Assembly: GCA_965216785.1 (NCBI GenBank)
Contig: OZ244197.1
Span: 25,120 to 89,119 of the forward strand
Source of the DNA: Thermodesulfobacteriota bacterium
GTDB lineage: Bacteria; Desulfobacterota_D; UBA1144; Nemesobacterales; UBA2774
DNA: 64,000 nt
Reading direction: 5' to 3'
The translations under genes and the position numbers were made by a program. The notes under the pieces were generated by a model. That model worked only from the letters and a program-made list of their open reading frames with translations. It was not told where the DNA came from and made no database searches. Every line of letters begins with the position of its first letter. Position 1 is the first letter of the stretch. This document shows positions 31,859 to 43,417 of the stretch, one piece after another.

Positions 31859-32812
31859 TCAATTTTGTGAAAGACTCAGTGTCAGATCATCGACATTTTT
31901 AGGGAGCTTCTTAAAGTTTTCCTTTGAGGTCGAGTATATGGTGTCCTGAGAGTCAAACTTAATATAGTACTCGTCTTCGTCTTTGCGTTTGCCGAAGAAT
32001 AGTTTATGCGAGGCGCCGTTTTGGAATATCTCAATTTCAGCAGTCGGCAGATCTAATCCGAAGCTCTTTAAACTTTCGGGCTCACGGCTCACAACTCCGT
32101 TAATTTCCAGATCCGAAAGAGTCATCAGAAGCTGATCCGCCTTTTCCTGATCGAGCTTCACGTCTTCTGTAAGCGGCTCAGCAATCCATAGACCGTCTTC
32201 TCTTTCAAACTGAATGTAAAAATTCCCTACTCTTAGAACAATCCGGTTAACCAGATCGGGGATCAGAGCAATCACCCTTTTATCCCTGAAATCCTTACCG
32301 GAGTTATCTATTAATCTTGAGGCCGCAGCGTTATCAATGATGAGCACTCTGTCTTTATCAACGTCATAAACGTATGTGCCGGTCTCGCTCGGATTCTGAT
32401 TGCCGATTAGTAAGTAGTATTCGGCCCTGTCAGATATGACCATAAATTCCGAAGGGGGCTCGTGCAGACCGAATTGGTCCAGCTCAAGACCCTTTGAGGA
32501 AACAGTCTCTATAAGCTCCATAGACTTAATATCGTTGACTAAATCCTGAACATCCGCGCTGTCGGCCTTTGACCTGCGCTCCGAATCCGATACGAACCAT
32601 TGTCCGTCTTCATTGTCAAGATTGATTTCAGAGCCCGGTGATTTTAGCATTACAGAGAGAATTTCTTCTTTTTCGAGAGAAGGGAAAACCATTTTTTTAT
32701 CATCGGCTTCATCTTCCCCGTTAAATAGAAAGATCCCGCCCAGCAGTATGAGGAAGATCACTGCCGCTGCTAAGGTGCCTGAAAATTTTTTCAGATAAGG
32801 GCTTATTCCCAT
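31859..32812 (-). CDS. DUF4340-like membrane-anchored protein (GldG-associated)
   Basis: N-terminal TM anchor. Sits directly downstream of the GldG-like gene, as DUF4340 typically does. Confidence 0.5.
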   Translation of the reverse strand: MGISPYLKKFSGTLAAAVIFLILLGGIFLFNGEDEADDKKMVFPSLEKEEILSVMLKSPGSEINLDNEDGQWFVSDSERRSKADSADVQDLVNDIKSMELIETVSSKGLELDQFGLHEPPSEFMVISDRAEYYLLIGNQNPSETGTYVYDVDKDRVLIIDNAAASRLIDNSGKDFRDKRVIALIPDLVNRIVLRVGNFYIQFEREDGLWIAEPLTEDVKLDQEKADQLLMTLSDLEINGVVSREPESLKSFGLDLPTAEIEIFQNGASHKLFFGKRKDEDEYYIKFDSQDTIYSTSKENFKKLPKNVDDLTLSLSQN

Positions 32813-32881
32813 CTATTAAGAGTATTAGTTCAGAGTTTTATAATTACAATTTTATATGTGTCTGTATTGTCTCTTAGAATA

Positions 32882-34249
32882 TTACATCTTTCTTCTTTTC
32901 CACCATATTGCAACCCCAGAGAATAGAACCACAGCCGGTATGAGTATGACAGTAAAGAAAAAGATAATATTTGTCTGCTGATTAGTAATGGTGAGCTTTC
33001 CCTGCTCGGCGCTCTTGGGTCTGATGGAAATAAGGTTTTCATCACCCGAGACCCAGTTTACCGTATTCAAAAAAAGGTCTCGGTTCCCTGAGAAGTCAAA
33101 GAATATGTTCGACACGAAATCTACGCTACCGAAAACCGCTATCCTGCCCCTGGAGCCGTTCTCAGATACCGCGAGTACGCCTAAAGGGCCCGTCTTGTCA
33201 CTCTCTTCCTGCTGAGCCACACCCTGATCGAAATTCTCAAAATCAGTTTCCGACCAGCTGTACTGCCCAGTATGGGCCAGGACGACTGCATTCATGCCAT
33301 CGACATCGTGGGTATCTATACTCCGGGAGTAGGGAAATATGGTCGCGTAGCGAAAATCATCTGTGATTTCATGGGGGGTGTACTCGCCTACTATTGGGGC
33401 TATATCGCCCCCGCCTTCAAGCTTTGAGCTGGGGTCGACAATGATATCCTCTGAGAGCATTATTCCGTAAGATTTAAGGACAGATACTATCTCGCCGCCC
33501 GTACGGGGCTCGATCATAAAGACCGCCTTCCCTCCCTTTGAGAGGTATTCCTTTATATCCCCTATCTCCTTTAGAGTGAAGGCCTGTTTGGGCGCCGCAA
33601 GCACAATTACGGAGTTTTCAGCAGGAAGCGCCTGCCCTTTTGGTAAAAGTATTTCTCTTACGTTATAACCTTCGTCGATGAGCGCGTTCTTGAGCACGCC
33701 TAACCCTTCGGGCTCGACATCGTCCCCTATGTCCCTTTCGCCGTGACCGGTTATAAAATAAACTGTCTTATTAATATTTCTCGACAGTTTCAGAATAGCG
33801 TTTGTGATCTCCTCTTCGGAGTTATTTATTATGCCGCCTGAAAGCGGATCACCCAGTCTGAGCTTTATCGTTTCGTCCCCGTACGCCACAACAACAGAGC
33901 CGTATTCTTTAATTTCGTATTTCTTGGCAAGACCTGGTTCTTTGTCGGGGTTTATTACGCTTACACTTAAATTATCGGCGCGTCTGGTATAGTCCTTTAT
34001 CAAGTCTTGAAACTCACTCCTGTCAGCGCCGGTGTCTTTGAAGAAGGCGATAATTTCTATGGGGCTATCGAGCTCGTTTAACACCTCTACAGTATTATCC
34101 GAGACCGTGTAGAGCTTTGTGTCTGTGAGGTCGAATCTGAAATCGCTCTTCGAAGCCAGAAAGTTCAGGATAATGAGTATTCCGACTGTGCTTATTATGG
34201 ATATGAGCGCATTGGTACCGTATATGAGCCTTCTGTTCTTCATCTCCAC
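32882..34249 (-). CDS. ABC-type uncharacterised transport system auxiliary component (GldG-like)
   Basis: 455 aa. N-terminal TM, a large periplasmic domain, a C-terminal TM and a basic tail WWKRRKM. Confidence 0.6.
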   Translation of the reverse strand: MEMKNRRLIYGTNALISIISTVGILIILNFLASKSDFRFDLTDTKLYTVSDNTVEVLNELDSPIEIIAFFKDTGADRSEFQDLIKDYTRRADNLSVSVINPDKEPGLAKKYEIKEYGSVVVAYGDETIKLRLGDPLSGGIINNSEEEITNAILKLSRNINKTVYFITGHGERDIGDDVEPEGLGVLKNALIDEGYNVREILLPKGQALPAENSVIVLAAPKQAFTLKEIGDIKEYLSKGGKAVFMIEPRTGGEIVSVLKSYGIMLSEDIIVDPSSKLEGGGDIAPIVGEYTPHEITDDFRYATIFPYSRSIDTHDVDGMNAVVLAHTGQYSWSETDFENFDQGVAQQEESDKTGPLGVLAVSENGSRGRIAVFGSVDFVSNIFFDFSGNRDLFLNTVNWVSGDENLISIRPKSAEQGKLTITNQQTNIIFFFTVILIPAVVLFSGVAIWWKRRKM

Positions 34250-34992
34250 CTCTCTGATTCTAGCGCGGTGTGAGCGAGAAAGAGCCCGAGGTATACAAGC
34301 GATCCATAGTATACTAGATCTTTAATTCCGATAATACCTTTACCGAAAGGCTCGAAGTGGTTAATGACGGATATATAGCCGAGGATACTGCCGTCCACAG
34401 GTGACATAGCGCCCACCAGCCAGAGCACGAGGAGAACGCCGAAAGAGATTACGGCCGCTATTAGCTGGTTATCTGTGAGAGAGGAAGCAAAAAGACCGAT
34501 TGCGAGAAAAGAAGCTCCAAGCAGAAAGAGCCCGATGTAACCTGATGTGACGGCGCCGATATCGGGGTTACCGTGCACCATTAAAACAAATACATTTATC
34601 GAGGAAAGCGCAAGCATAATAACGAGAAGGATTAAGGCCGCAAGGTATTTACCGAGTATTATGGTTCTAAGCTTAATAGGGGAAGTGAACAGAAGCTCCG
34701 CGGTGTAGCTCTTTCTTTCATCCGCCAACTGTCTCATGGTTATAAGCGGTATTATGATGAGCAGCACCAGAGTGATGGTACCGAAGTAGGGAGCTAAAAC
34801 CAGGTTGTTTAGGTTAAGCTCACCCCTTTGGAGCTGAAAACCGGGATCTAGCTGTATGTGCAAAAAACCTTTTAAATATAGGAAAAAGAACCAGGCAGAT
34901 ATCGCCTGAAAGACTACGATGATGATATAGGCGAGCGGGGAAGCAAAATAGGATTTAAGCTCTCTTTTTAAAATAGGTGATATCGAATTCAT
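34240..34992 (-). CDS. ABC-2 family permease (GldF-like)
   Basis: 250 aa, six TM segments. Overlaps the GldG-like gene by 10 nt. Confidence 0.65.
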   Translation of the reverse strand: MNSISPILKRELKSYFASPLAYIIIVVFQAISAWFFFLYLKGFLHIQLDPGFQLQRGELNLNNLVLAPYFGTITLVLLIIIPLITMRQLADERKSYTAELLFTSPIKLRTIILGKYLAALILLVIMLALSSINVFVLMVHGNPDIGAVTSGYIGLFLLGASFLAIGLFASSLTDNQLIAAVISFGVLLVLWLVGAMSPVDGSILGYISVINHFEPFGKGIIGIKDLVYYGSLVYLGLFLAHTALESERWR

Positions 34993-34995
34993 TTC

Positions 34996-35919
34996 TCAGC
35001 CTTCGGATGAAATAACCTTTAGAAATATTTCCTCTAACGTATGCGTGAGGGGTCTTAGCTCAAGGAGGCCCCAGTCGTTTTGTACGGCCGTCTTTGCAAG
35101 CTCATCCCTTACATCGCTGCCGTTTGAAGGAACAATGACATACTCGCCCGGAGCGCTCATATTTACCTTTGATATGTTTTCTATGGACTCAATTTTTTCT
35201 TTTACGTTATCACCGTCATGCCTTAGCTTTAAGTAGAGACTCTCAGAGCTCTTAAGGTTCAAAGAGAGCGACTCAAGGGATTCTTCCAGCGCAATCCTGC
35301 CCTCGTTAATTATTATCACACGGCTGCATATCATAGTGACCTCGGGAAGTATGTGCGTGCTAAGTATTATGGTACGCTCACCGGCGAGGCTTTTGATGAG
35401 CTCGCGTATCTCGATAATCTGCACCGGGTCAAGCCCGTTTGTAGGCTCGTCGAGTACGAGTACCGAGGGGTTATTAATGAGCGCTTGGGCTATACCGACG
35501 CGCTGTTTGTAGCCCTTTGACAGATGGGCTATGATCCGCTTGCTTACCGATGTGATACCGCACTTGTCCATTACGTAGAGGATCCTGCCCTTTTTTTCCT
35601 TTGAGGGTACTTTTTTGATGTCGGCTACAAAATCAAGGTAGTCCTCAACATCCATGTCATTATAAAGAGGCGGGTTTTCGGGCAGATATCCGATCTGTTT
35701 TTTCGCCTGTAGCGGGTGGTCAAATATGTCGACGTCCTCAATGCGTACAGAGCCTTTTGTAGGAGGCATATAGCCCGTAATGATGCGCATGGTCGTAGTT
35801 TTACCCGCTCCGTTGGGACCTAAAAACCCAAGCACATCGCCCTTCTCGAGCTCAAAAGAAATGTTTTCAACGGCACGAAGGCTGCCGTAGTTTTTAGTGA
35901 GATTATGAACGCGTATCAA
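34996..35919 (-). CDS. ABC transporter ATP-binding protein (GldA-like)
   Basis: Walker A GPNGAGKTT, signature LSKGYKQRV, Walker B VLVLDEPTNGLD. Confidence 0.85.
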   Translation of the reverse strand: MIRVHNLTKNYGSLRAVENISFELEKGDVLGFLGPNGAGKTTTMRIITGYMPPTKGSVRIEDVDIFDHPLQAKKQIGYLPENPPLYNDMDVEDYLDFVADIKKVPSKEKKGRILYVMDKCGITSVSKRIIAHLSKGYKQRVGIAQALINNPSVLVLDEPTNGLDPVQIIEIRELIKSLAGERTIILSTHILPEVTMICSRVIIINEGRIALEESLESLSLNLKSSESLYLKLRHDGDNVKEKIESIENISKVNMSAPGEYVIVPSNGSDVRDELAKTAVQNDWGLLELRPLTHTLEEIFLKVISSEG

Positions 35920-36306
35920 ATAAGTATGTACTCCCGATGCCTATTACCCAATACCCTAAACCCACTCCGTATATATTTGAGGACTGCAAATAGAATAACC
36001 GTACCTTAATTCTATTCCAAACTGATTATTAATGATAGTTTTAATTCTCTGAGATTTGGGTAGAATTTACGGTTAGCCAAAGAAAATTGACTAAGCGTTA
36101 TAACTATGATATTAAACTGGATGTATTATTAAATAAGGGTGGCAATTTAGAGATATACCGATATTAAGAAAACGGATATTTAATCATATTTACGAACACC
36201 ATAGCATCGAAAATACATCATATACAATACAGGACTTGGAAGGCCTATTATTAAAAGCCTAAAAGCCGTGTTCTGTAAGTGATAAGACTACCGAAGAAGG
36301 GAGTTT

Positions 36307-37590
36307 TTGATGAGTAAAGAAGAGCTTAGTAACGACGACAAACTAGTGCTTGCGGTCAAAAAAAGGTACCACGATATGCTCGCTGAGGGTGTTGACCCCT
36401 ATGAGTGGGCTTATGCGTGGCGCTCTGAGATTAACCGAGGCGGTTTTAAAGCGGTTGATTTCCTTATGGACGAAATAGTGGATACTGGTAAGTGCGTCGG
36501 GTGCGCAGCCTGTGTGACAATTTGCCCGACCGATGTATTTGACTATAAGGACGAGCACCCTGTGGATACGAGAAAGGACGCATGCGTGCTGTGCGAGCTT
36601 TGCGCAGACGTTTGCCCGGTTCTCAGACCCCTGGATAAGGATCTGCACACACTTTTGGGCTTTAAGCAGCCGGTAATTGACGAGGGGTTCGGCCCTTACA
36701 ACTACGCCGTAATAGCACGGGCAAAGAATAAGGAGTTTTTGGAGAAGGGACAGGACGGAGGAGTAACGAGCGCGCTTTTGGTGCATCTGCTGGAGCAGGG
36801 CGCCATAAACGGTGCGGTGCTCGGAGACGTGCTTCCGGAAAACCCTCAGGTAGGCGTGCAGAAACTCGCCACCACTTCAGAGGAAATAGTTCAGTGCAGC
36901 GGCTCGCGATACACATATTCGCCCAACACTGTGGCATTGACCGAGGCTATGAGACAGGACGTGCGTCCTCTGGCAGTAGTTGGCGTGCCTTGTCAGGTGG
37001 ACGGAGTTCGTCAGCAGCAGTATAGCAGCATACGACTTGAAGTGGCCAAATGGTATCAGAAAAACGTAAGCCTGGTAATCGGGCTGTATTGCTCTGAGAG
37101 CTTTACTCACGAGCACATTACATATATAGCGAAAGAGCTTGATGTTGAGCCAAAAGATATTGTTAGAGTGAACGTAAAGGGCAAGGTAATAATCGAGCTC
37201 CGCGACGGCAGGGAAATAATTATGAAGCTCAAGGACTTTCATCCTTTCGCGCGGCCCGCATGCCTTTATTGTCTTGACTATTCCGCTGAGCACGCTGATA
37301 TCGGAGTGGGAGGTATAGGGCTTGACGGATGGACATTTGTAGCTGTCCGCACAGAAGCGGGGCACAAGGCGTGGCAGGCGGGAGTGGATGCGGATCTTTT
37401 TGAAATCATGGAAGTAGATGAAGTACCAAAGGCAAAGAGCCTGCTCATAAGGCTCTCTGAAATGAAAAGAAATAAACCCCTCCCTGCACTTATGCCTACG
37501 CTGCAGGAGAGGATTGAAATGGGCAACACAAACCCTAAGACTTTCTATAAAGATTACAATCCAAGCGATGGAGGAAAAAACGGTAAATGA
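36307..37590 (+). CDS. Ferredoxin-domain + coenzyme F420 hydrogenase/dehydrogenase beta-subunit-like (FrhB/FdhB family) flavoprotein
   Basis: Two 4Fe-4S motifs, CVGCAACVTICP and CVLCELCADVCP, followed by the FrhB-type N and C domains. Its stop overlaps the start of the next gene (ATGA). Confidence 0.65.
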   Translation: MMSKEELSNDDKLVLAVKKRYHDMLAEGVDPYEWAYAWRSEINRGGFKAVDFLMDEIVDTGKCVGCAACVTICPTDVFDYKDEHPVDTRKDACVLCELCADVCPVLRPLDKDLHTLLGFKQPVIDEGFGPYNYAVIARAKNKEFLEKGQDGGVTSALLVHLLEQGAINGAVLGDVLPENPQVGVQKLATTSEEIVQCSGSRYTYSPNTVALTEAMRQDVRPLAVVGVPCQVDGVRQQQYSSIRLEVAKWYQKNVSLVIGLYCSESFTHEHITYIAKELDVEPKDIVRVNVKGKVIIELRDGREIIMKLKDFHPFARPACLYCLDYSAEHADIGVGGIGLDGWTFVAVRTEAGHKAWQAGVDADLFEIMEVDEVPKAKSLLIRLSEMKRNKPLPALMPTLQERIEMGNTNPKTFYKDYNPSDGGKNGK

Positions 37591-39392
37591 GCTCCAATAA
37601 CGGCCAACCCGTACTCGAAGATATAAGCGTGATCGTAGCCGGACAGGGAGGTGACGGTTCACTTACAGTTATTACAATGCTTGCAGACCTGTTCCGGAAC
37701 AGCGGGCTTAACGTATACACGGAAAGAGACGTGCTCTCGCGTATCCGCGGCGGACACGCGGCGGCAACGATGAGAGCGTTTACCGGCCACCGCTACTGCA
37801 TAGGGAGCAAGATCACTCTCCTAGTGGCGCTTGACGAAGAAGCGGTAACGAAAAATGCGCGTCATCTGGACTCTGACAGTGTGATAGTGTTCGATGACTC
37901 AAGCGGCCCTCTACCCGACGGATTATTACCCAAGGGCGCCAAGCTCTATGCGGCCCCTTTCAATAGAATCGCTATGCGTACGATGAGACGCGAGTTATAC
38001 AAAAACAGTATCGCTTTCGGAATGGTGGGGCGTCTGCTAGGACTTGAAGACGAGCACATGCGCGAGACTTTCGTAAAGCGCTTTGAAAGACGTGGGCAGG
38101 TAATTTTAGACTATAACTTAGAAGCACTCGGCCTTGGACTGCACATGGCGGACGAGCTGGATATTAAGGAAGGACACGGACTTTATAGAATAGAGCGCAC
38201 GGACCCTGAGGAGCACCTCTTAATAATGGGGAACGAATCCGTGGCTTTCGGATTCATGGCCGCAGGCGGAAGATTCTTCACCGGCTATCCGATAACGCCC
38301 TCTACAGAGGTGCTTGAGACGCTGCAGAAATGGCTGCCAAAGTGCGGGGGAGTGGTAAGACAGACTGAGGATGAGCTTGCTGGCATAAATATGGCCATAG
38401 GCGCTGCGCTCACAGGCGCAAGGACTATGACCGCCACATCAGGACCCGGGTTTTCACTCATGCAGGAAGGAGTGGGACATGCCGGCTCTGCTGAAGTACC
38501 TATTGTCGTTGTGGACTGTCAGCGCTCGGGACCGAGCACCGGAATGCCTACAAGACCGGAGCAGAGCGATCTGAACCTTATGATTTTTGGAGGTCACGGT
38601 GATTTCCCGAGATTCGTTCTAGCCCCGGGACACCCGGAGGACTGTTTTTATCTCACTGTAGACGCTACAAACCTGGCAGATAAATATCAGCTGCCCGTGT
38701 TCATAGCAATGGACCAGGCGCTTTCACAGAACATTGCAACCGTAAAGCCCTTCGACCTGGACGAAATAACTGTTACACTAGGGAAGAGACTTAGCGCGGA
38801 GGATGTTGCAAAACTGGATACTTATAAACGCTACAGTTTCTCTGAGGACAATATCTCGGCGTTCGCCGCACCGGGAACACCGGGTGGAATGTCGCTTGTG
38901 ACCGGAAACGAGCACGATGAGTTCGGCCTCGTATCAACAGACCCCGATAACCGTTTGCGTATGATGGATAAACGAATGAATAAGATGGAAGACGCCAAAA
39001 AAGACCTTCCCAAAGGAAGGCTTTACGGGGATCAGGAATCTAAAATCGGGTTTATAGGCATAGGAATGATGTACGGCGTCATTTTAGAAGCCATGGAGAG
39101 GCTCGAACAAGAAGGAATCCACACAAAATATTTACAGCCAAGAACAATATGGCCTATGCTGGATGAGACAATAGATTTTATAAACGACTGTGACCGCGTA
39201 TATGTAATCGACTTAAACGCCGGGGCTCAGCTGGCGCGTCTATTTATGCACCAGGGAGCTGAGAAGAATAAGATAATAAGCATTACCAGATACGACGGGC
39301 TGCCTTACAGACCTGGTATACTGGTTAAACAGATACTTGAAGAAGAAGCTAAACTCTTAAACGGCCAAGGTAAGGAGGCAAAGCTGTTATGA
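37587..39392 (+). CDS. korA: 2-oxoacid:ferredoxin oxidoreductase alpha(/gamma-fused) subunit
   Basis: 601 aa. N-terminal gamma-like domain IVAGQGGDGS..., then POR/KOR alpha domains I-III. Confidence 0.8.
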   Translation: MSSNNGQPVLEDISVIVAGQGGDGSLTVITMLADLFRNSGLNVYTERDVLSRIRGGHAAATMRAFTGHRYCIGSKITLLVALDEEAVTKNARHLDSDSVIVFDDSSGPLPDGLLPKGAKLYAAPFNRIAMRTMRRELYKNSIAFGMVGRLLGLEDEHMRETFVKRFERRGQVILDYNLEALGLGLHMADELDIKEGHGLYRIERTDPEEHLLIMGNESVAFGFMAAGGRFFTGYPITPSTEVLETLQKWLPKCGGVVRQTEDELAGINMAIGAALTGARTMTATSGPGFSLMQEGVGHAGSAEVPIVVVDCQRSGPSTGMPTRPEQSDLNLMIFGGHGDFPRFVLAPGHPEDCFYLTVDATNLADKYQLPVFIAMDQALSQNIATVKPFDLDEITVTLGKRLSAEDVAKLDTYKRYSFSEDNISAFAAPGTPGGMSLVTGNEHDEFGLVSTDPDNRLRMMDKRMNKMEDAKKDLPKGRLYGDQESKIGFIGIGMMYGVILEAMERLEQEGIHTKYLQPRTIWPMLDETIDFINDCDRVYVIDLNAGAQLARLFMHQGAEKNKIISITRYDGLPYRPGILVKQILEEEAKLLNGQGKEAKLL

Positions 39393-40267
39393 CCACAGAG
39401 CCCAAGACTAAAACCTTTACACCCGCAAGACCTATATGGTGCGCTGGATGCGGAGACTTCGCTGTACAGGGAGTGCTTGAGAAATCACTCAAGAACATGG
39501 GTATACCGCCTCATAAATTTATGTTCCTGGCCGGTATAGGCTGTTCAGGCACTATCCAGAATAACGTTAAGTGCTACGGCTACCACGCGCTCCACGGAAG
39601 GGTATTGCCCGCTTCGATCGGAGCAAAGCTCGCAAACCCAGATTTAACCGTTGTTGCCGCGGGCGGGGACGGAGACGGATTCGCGATAGGCGCAGGCCAC
39701 CTGGTTCATACGTTTAAGAGTAACCCCAGCATTACATATATAGTGATGAATAACAGCAATTACGGCCTCACAAAGGGCCAGGCTTCACCTACAAGCCCCA
39801 CAGGGTACAGAGACAACCCGGAAACGGGACTGGACTCGATACTTCTGGGTCTAAGTTTTCCCTCAACGACATTTTTAGCGCGCGGTTTCAGCGGCAACGC
39901 CGCTCAGCTGGAGAGCCTTATGATGGCGGCGCTCGAGCACACGGAGGCGGGAAGAGGGTTTGCTTTCCTCGAAGTGCTCTCCCCATGCGTCACCTATTAC
40001 GACACGCACAGGGAATGGCGCGCCAAGGTATATAACATAAACGAGGAAGAGGGATTTGACACTTCGGACAGGGCCAATGCTTTCAAGAGAGTTCTGGAGC
40101 TTAAAGAGGAAAAACGCATCCCTATAGGTCTTATTTACAAAGGCGAGAACACTTCGCTAGAGAAGCTTATAGTGAACGAAAATGAAACCTACCCGGCTTT
40201 GCAGGAGATCGGCCACACGGATCATAGAGCCGAGTATGATAAGTTCATAAAGGCTTATCTGGGATAA
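39389..40267 (+). CDS. korB: 2-oxoacid:ferredoxin oxidoreductase beta (TPP-binding) subunit
   Basis: WCAGCGDF, then GIGCSG and the TPP/Mg site AAGGDGDGFAIG. Overlaps korA by 4 nt. Confidence 0.85.
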   Translation: MTTEPKTKTFTPARPIWCAGCGDFAVQGVLEKSLKNMGIPPHKFMFLAGIGCSGTIQNNVKCYGYHALHGRVLPASIGAKLANPDLTVVAAGGDGDGFAIGAGHLVHTFKSNPSITYIVMNNSNYGLTKGQASPTSPTGYRDNPETGLDSILLGLSFPSTTFLARGFSGNAAQLESLMMAALEHTEAGRGFAFLEVLSPCVTYYDTHREWRAKVYNINEEEGFDTSDRANAFKRVLELKEEKRIPIGLIYKGENTSLEKLIVNENETYPALQEIGHTDHRAEYDKFIKAYLG

Positions 40268-40586
40268 CTAATCGGCTACACTGCCCTTTATTCAATTTTT
40301 AGGAAATCCCAGGGTGTTTTTGTACCTAATTCACTCTTTTCCTAGACAAAATCCTAGTTGAATCTATAATGTCTAGTACCGTATCGGAAATGTGTATTTC
40401 AGCGTGAAATCCATAACGTTCGATTCGTCCAAAGATTTTGTTATTACAATAGGAAATATGGGGATTTTACGGGCCGTTTGAGATTGCGGGTCATATATTC
40501 TTATGCTAAAATTATAAGCGAAAATTGATGGATAAATATATCTCTCCCCAAAAAGCAACTCATAGTAATTCAACAGGATTAAAAAT

Positions 40587-43400
40587 ATGAATATTACCGA
40601 TATGTTTCACGGACCTAACTCGGGCTATATACTCGAGCTTTACGACCGTTATCTGGAAGACCCAAGCTCCGTAGACTCGGAAACAAGAGCGATTTTCGAT
40701 AACTGGAAGCCCGAATCCGAAGACGGAGCGCACGTAGAAGCCCGTCCGCAGGACATGGAGAAAATTGTGGGCGCGGCTAACCTTGCCCTGGCAATCAGGG
40801 CATTTGGTCATCTGGACGCTAAAATCAATCCTCTGGGAATCAAATGCTCAGGAGACCCCTCGCTTGACCCCGCGACACACAAAATAACGGAAGAGGACCT
40901 TTTTCAGCTGCCTTCAAGCCTGATCGGAGGCCCGATAGCAGAAACCACGACCAACGCTGCGGAGGCGATAGATAAGCTCCGCTCTGTATACTCGTCATCA
41001 GTGGGCTATGACTATTACCACCTGCACTCTATTGAAGAAAGAAGGTGGTTAAGACATGCGGCGGAATCTGGGACATTCAGACCCCCTAATGATCCTATTA
41101 ATGAGAAGAGACTCCTCGAGAGCCTTACTCAGACAGAGGTACTTGAGAGGTTCCTTCATAGAATATTCCCCGGAAAATTCCGTTTTTCCATAGAAGGCGT
41201 GGACACTCTGATCCCTATGTTTAACGAGATCGTGGGTCTGGCCGCAGAGTCTGACATCTATCATATTCTTATAGGGATGGCTCACCGCGGACGCCTGAAC
41301 GTCATGCACCACGTCATGAACAAACCCTACAAGGGGACACTGATTAAGTTCAAAGACCCTGTGCTTCAGAGAGACTTCAGGGACTATATGGGCTGGACAG
41401 GTGACGTAAAGTACCACGAAGGAGCGAGGCACGCTATTAAAAAAGGCAGGCCGATCGACATGGAAATCACGCTTGCCCCGAACCCCAGCCATCTTGAGTC
41501 GGTAAACCCGGTAGTAGAAGGTATGACGCGCGCGGCGGGAACGAAAGCGGATAGGCCCGGGGCGCCTGAGTTTGACCGCACTGTCTCGATGCCAATAATC
41601 GTTCACGGCGACGCTGCGTTCCCGGGGCAGGGAATAGTGTCGGAGACACTTAATCTGTCTCGTCTTCCGGGATACAGCACTGGCGGGACAATACATATAA
41701 TTACCAATAATCAGCTCGGTTATACCACACTGCCAAGGGACAGCAGAAGCACTCTTTACGCAAGCGATCTGGCAAAGGGGTTTGAGATACCGATAGTGCA
41801 CGTAAACGCGGATGACCCTGAGGCATGCATCGAATCCTCGAGGCTCGCCTTCGCGTATGTAGAGGAATTTCACAAAGACTTTCTGATTGATCTGGTCGGC
41901 TACAGGCGGCACGGCCACAACGAGGCCGATGAGCCAGCTTTCACACAGCCAAAATTATACGAGATTGTAGATAAGCATCCTACGGTTAGAGAGATCTGGT
42001 CAAACACCCTAATTGAAAGGGGCATTATAGATAGTGAAGAATCTGAAGAAATATTAAACAAATACAATGAGCAGATGCATAAAGACTTTGAATCGCTCGC
42101 GCCTGAAGACATACCAGAGGAGTCTCAGTCTGAGAGGCCGCCTGCGGGCGCGGCACAAAAGGTGAAGACATCTGTATCGGCAGGGGCGCTCAGGGAACTG
42201 AACCAATCGCTGCTTAAAGTACCGCCGGATTTTAAAATAAACCCCAAATTAAAGCGCGCAAGAGAACGCTGGGCGAATGCACTCGAAGGCACAGATAGCA
42301 AGACAGTGGATTGGGCGATGGCAGAGCAGCTCGCGTTTGCCTCTATACTGGCTGACGGCACTCCGATACGGCTGACGGGGCAGGATTGCGAGCGCGGCAC
42401 ATTCAGTCACCGCCACGCTGTGCTTCATGACTTTATGAGCGGAGAGTCTTATAACCCTCTCCAAAATATCCCTCAGGCGAAAGCGGCTTTTGAAATCTAC
42501 AACAGCCCGCTCACAGAGAACGCGTGCATCGGCTTTGAGTACGGCTACAACATACATAAGCCCGAATCACTCGTAATCTGGGAAGCTCAGTACGGTGATT
42601 TTATAAACGGCGCGCAGACTATCCTTGACGAATACCTGGTATCGGCAAGAGCCAAATGGGGCCAGACGCCTTCTCTTGTACTACTTTTACCGCACGCATA
42701 CGAGGGACAGGGCCCTGATCACTCATCAGGCAGAATGGGTAGGTTCTTAGATTCGGCTGCTGAAATAAATATGCGCGTTGCCAACTGCACGACTTCGGCT
42801 CAATACTTTCATTTACTTAGACGTCAGGCCGGAGTGCTGGATATAGACCCGCTTCCGCTGATTATTCTGACTCCCAAGAGCCTGCTTAGAAACTCATTAA
42901 TATTCTCATCCTTGAAAGAGCTGACGCAAGGAACTTGGCAGCCGGTTATCGATGACGATATGGATGATAAACAGGCTAAAAAGGCCAAGCGTCTGATACT
43001 GTGTAGCGGAAAGGTATACTGGGACCTGGTATCGAGTGAATACTATGAGAAAAACAAGGGGGATATCGCGATTACCAGGGTGGAGCAACTCTATCCCATA
43101 CCGACGGTCATGATTCGTAAGGTGTTTAGCAGATATCATAATCTTAAAGAAGTCGTATGGCTTCAGGAAGAGCCTGAAACGATGGGGGCCTGGATGTTTA
43201 TGTTCCCGTTCTTCAGAAAACTGATCGACGGCAGGTTTCCGCTGCACTACATGGGCAGGAAGCGTAACTCGAGCCCCGCTGAAGGGTCGCTGTCGATGCA
43301 CAGAGTAAATCAGCAGGCTCTGGTCCAGCAAGCATTCATGCTGGACAAAGAACTGCCCAATCTGGATGAACTTGGTATTACGTGGGTAAAAAATGTATAA
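40587..43400 (+). CDS. sucA: 2-oxoglutarate dehydrogenase E1 component
   Basis: 937 aa. N-terminus [30 protein letters not shown], with TPP and transketolase-like domains. Confidence 0.9.
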   Translation: MNITDMFHGPNSGYILELYDRYLEDPSSVDSETRAIFDNWKPESEDGAHVEARPQDMEKIVGAANLALAIRAFGHLDAKINPLGIKCSGDPSLDPATHKITEEDLFQLPSSLIGGPIAETTTNAAEAIDKLRSVYSSSVGYDYYHLHSIEERRWLRHAAESGTFRPPNDPINEKRLLESLTQTEVLERFLHRIFPGKFRFSIEGVDTLIPMFNEIVGLAAESDIYHILIGMAHRGRLNVMHHVMNKPYKGTLIKFKDPVLQRDFRDYMGWTGDVKYHEGARHAIKKGRPIDMEITLAPNPSHLESVNPVVEGMTRAAGTKADRPGAPEFDRTVSMPIIVHGDAAFPGQGIVSETLNLSRLPGYSTGGTIHIITNNQLGYTTLPRDSRSTLYASDLAKGFEIPIVHVNADDPEACIESSRLAFAYVEEFHKDFLIDLVGYRRHGHNEADEPAFTQPKLYEIVDKHPTVREIWSNTLIERGIIDSEESEEILNKYNEQMHKDFESLAPEDIPEESQSERPPAGAAQKVKTSVSAGALRELNQSLLKVPPDFKINPKLKRARERWANALEGTDSKTVDWAMAEQLAFASILADGTPIRLTGQDCERGTFSHRHAVLHDFMSGESYNPLQNIPQAKAAFEIYNSPLTENACIGFEYGYNIHKPESLVIWEAQYGDFINGAQTILDEYLVSARAKWGQTPSLVLLLPHAYEGQGPDHSSGRMGRFLDSAAEINMRVANCTTSAQYFHLLRRQAGVLDIDPLPLIILTPKSLLRNSLIFSSLKELTQGTWQPVIDDDMDDKQAKKAKRLILCSGKVYWDLVSSEYYEKNKGDIAITRVEQLYPIPTVMIRKVFSRYHNLKEVVWLQEEPETMGAWMFMFPFFRKLIDGRFPLHYMGRKRNSSPAEGSLSMHRVNQQALVQQAFMLDKELPNLDELGITWVKNV

Positions 43401-43417
43401 ATTATCGGAGAGAAAAC

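Noticed and set aside
36307-37590. FrhB homolog as evidence for an archaeal or methanogen origin
   Set aside because: The surrounding genes (sucAB, era, rpoZ, ssb, sigma-70, sigma-54 promoters) are clearly bacterial. FrhB-like flavoproteins occur widely in bacteria.
36877-37662. 261-aa reverse-strand ORF antisense to the FrhB-like and korA genes (similar antisense ORFs lie at 41049-41918, 43310-43879, 46123-46635 and 51054-51650)
   Set aside because: These are long antisense frames of the kind expected inside GC-richer coding regions. They overlap strongly supported genes and have no recognisable domains.
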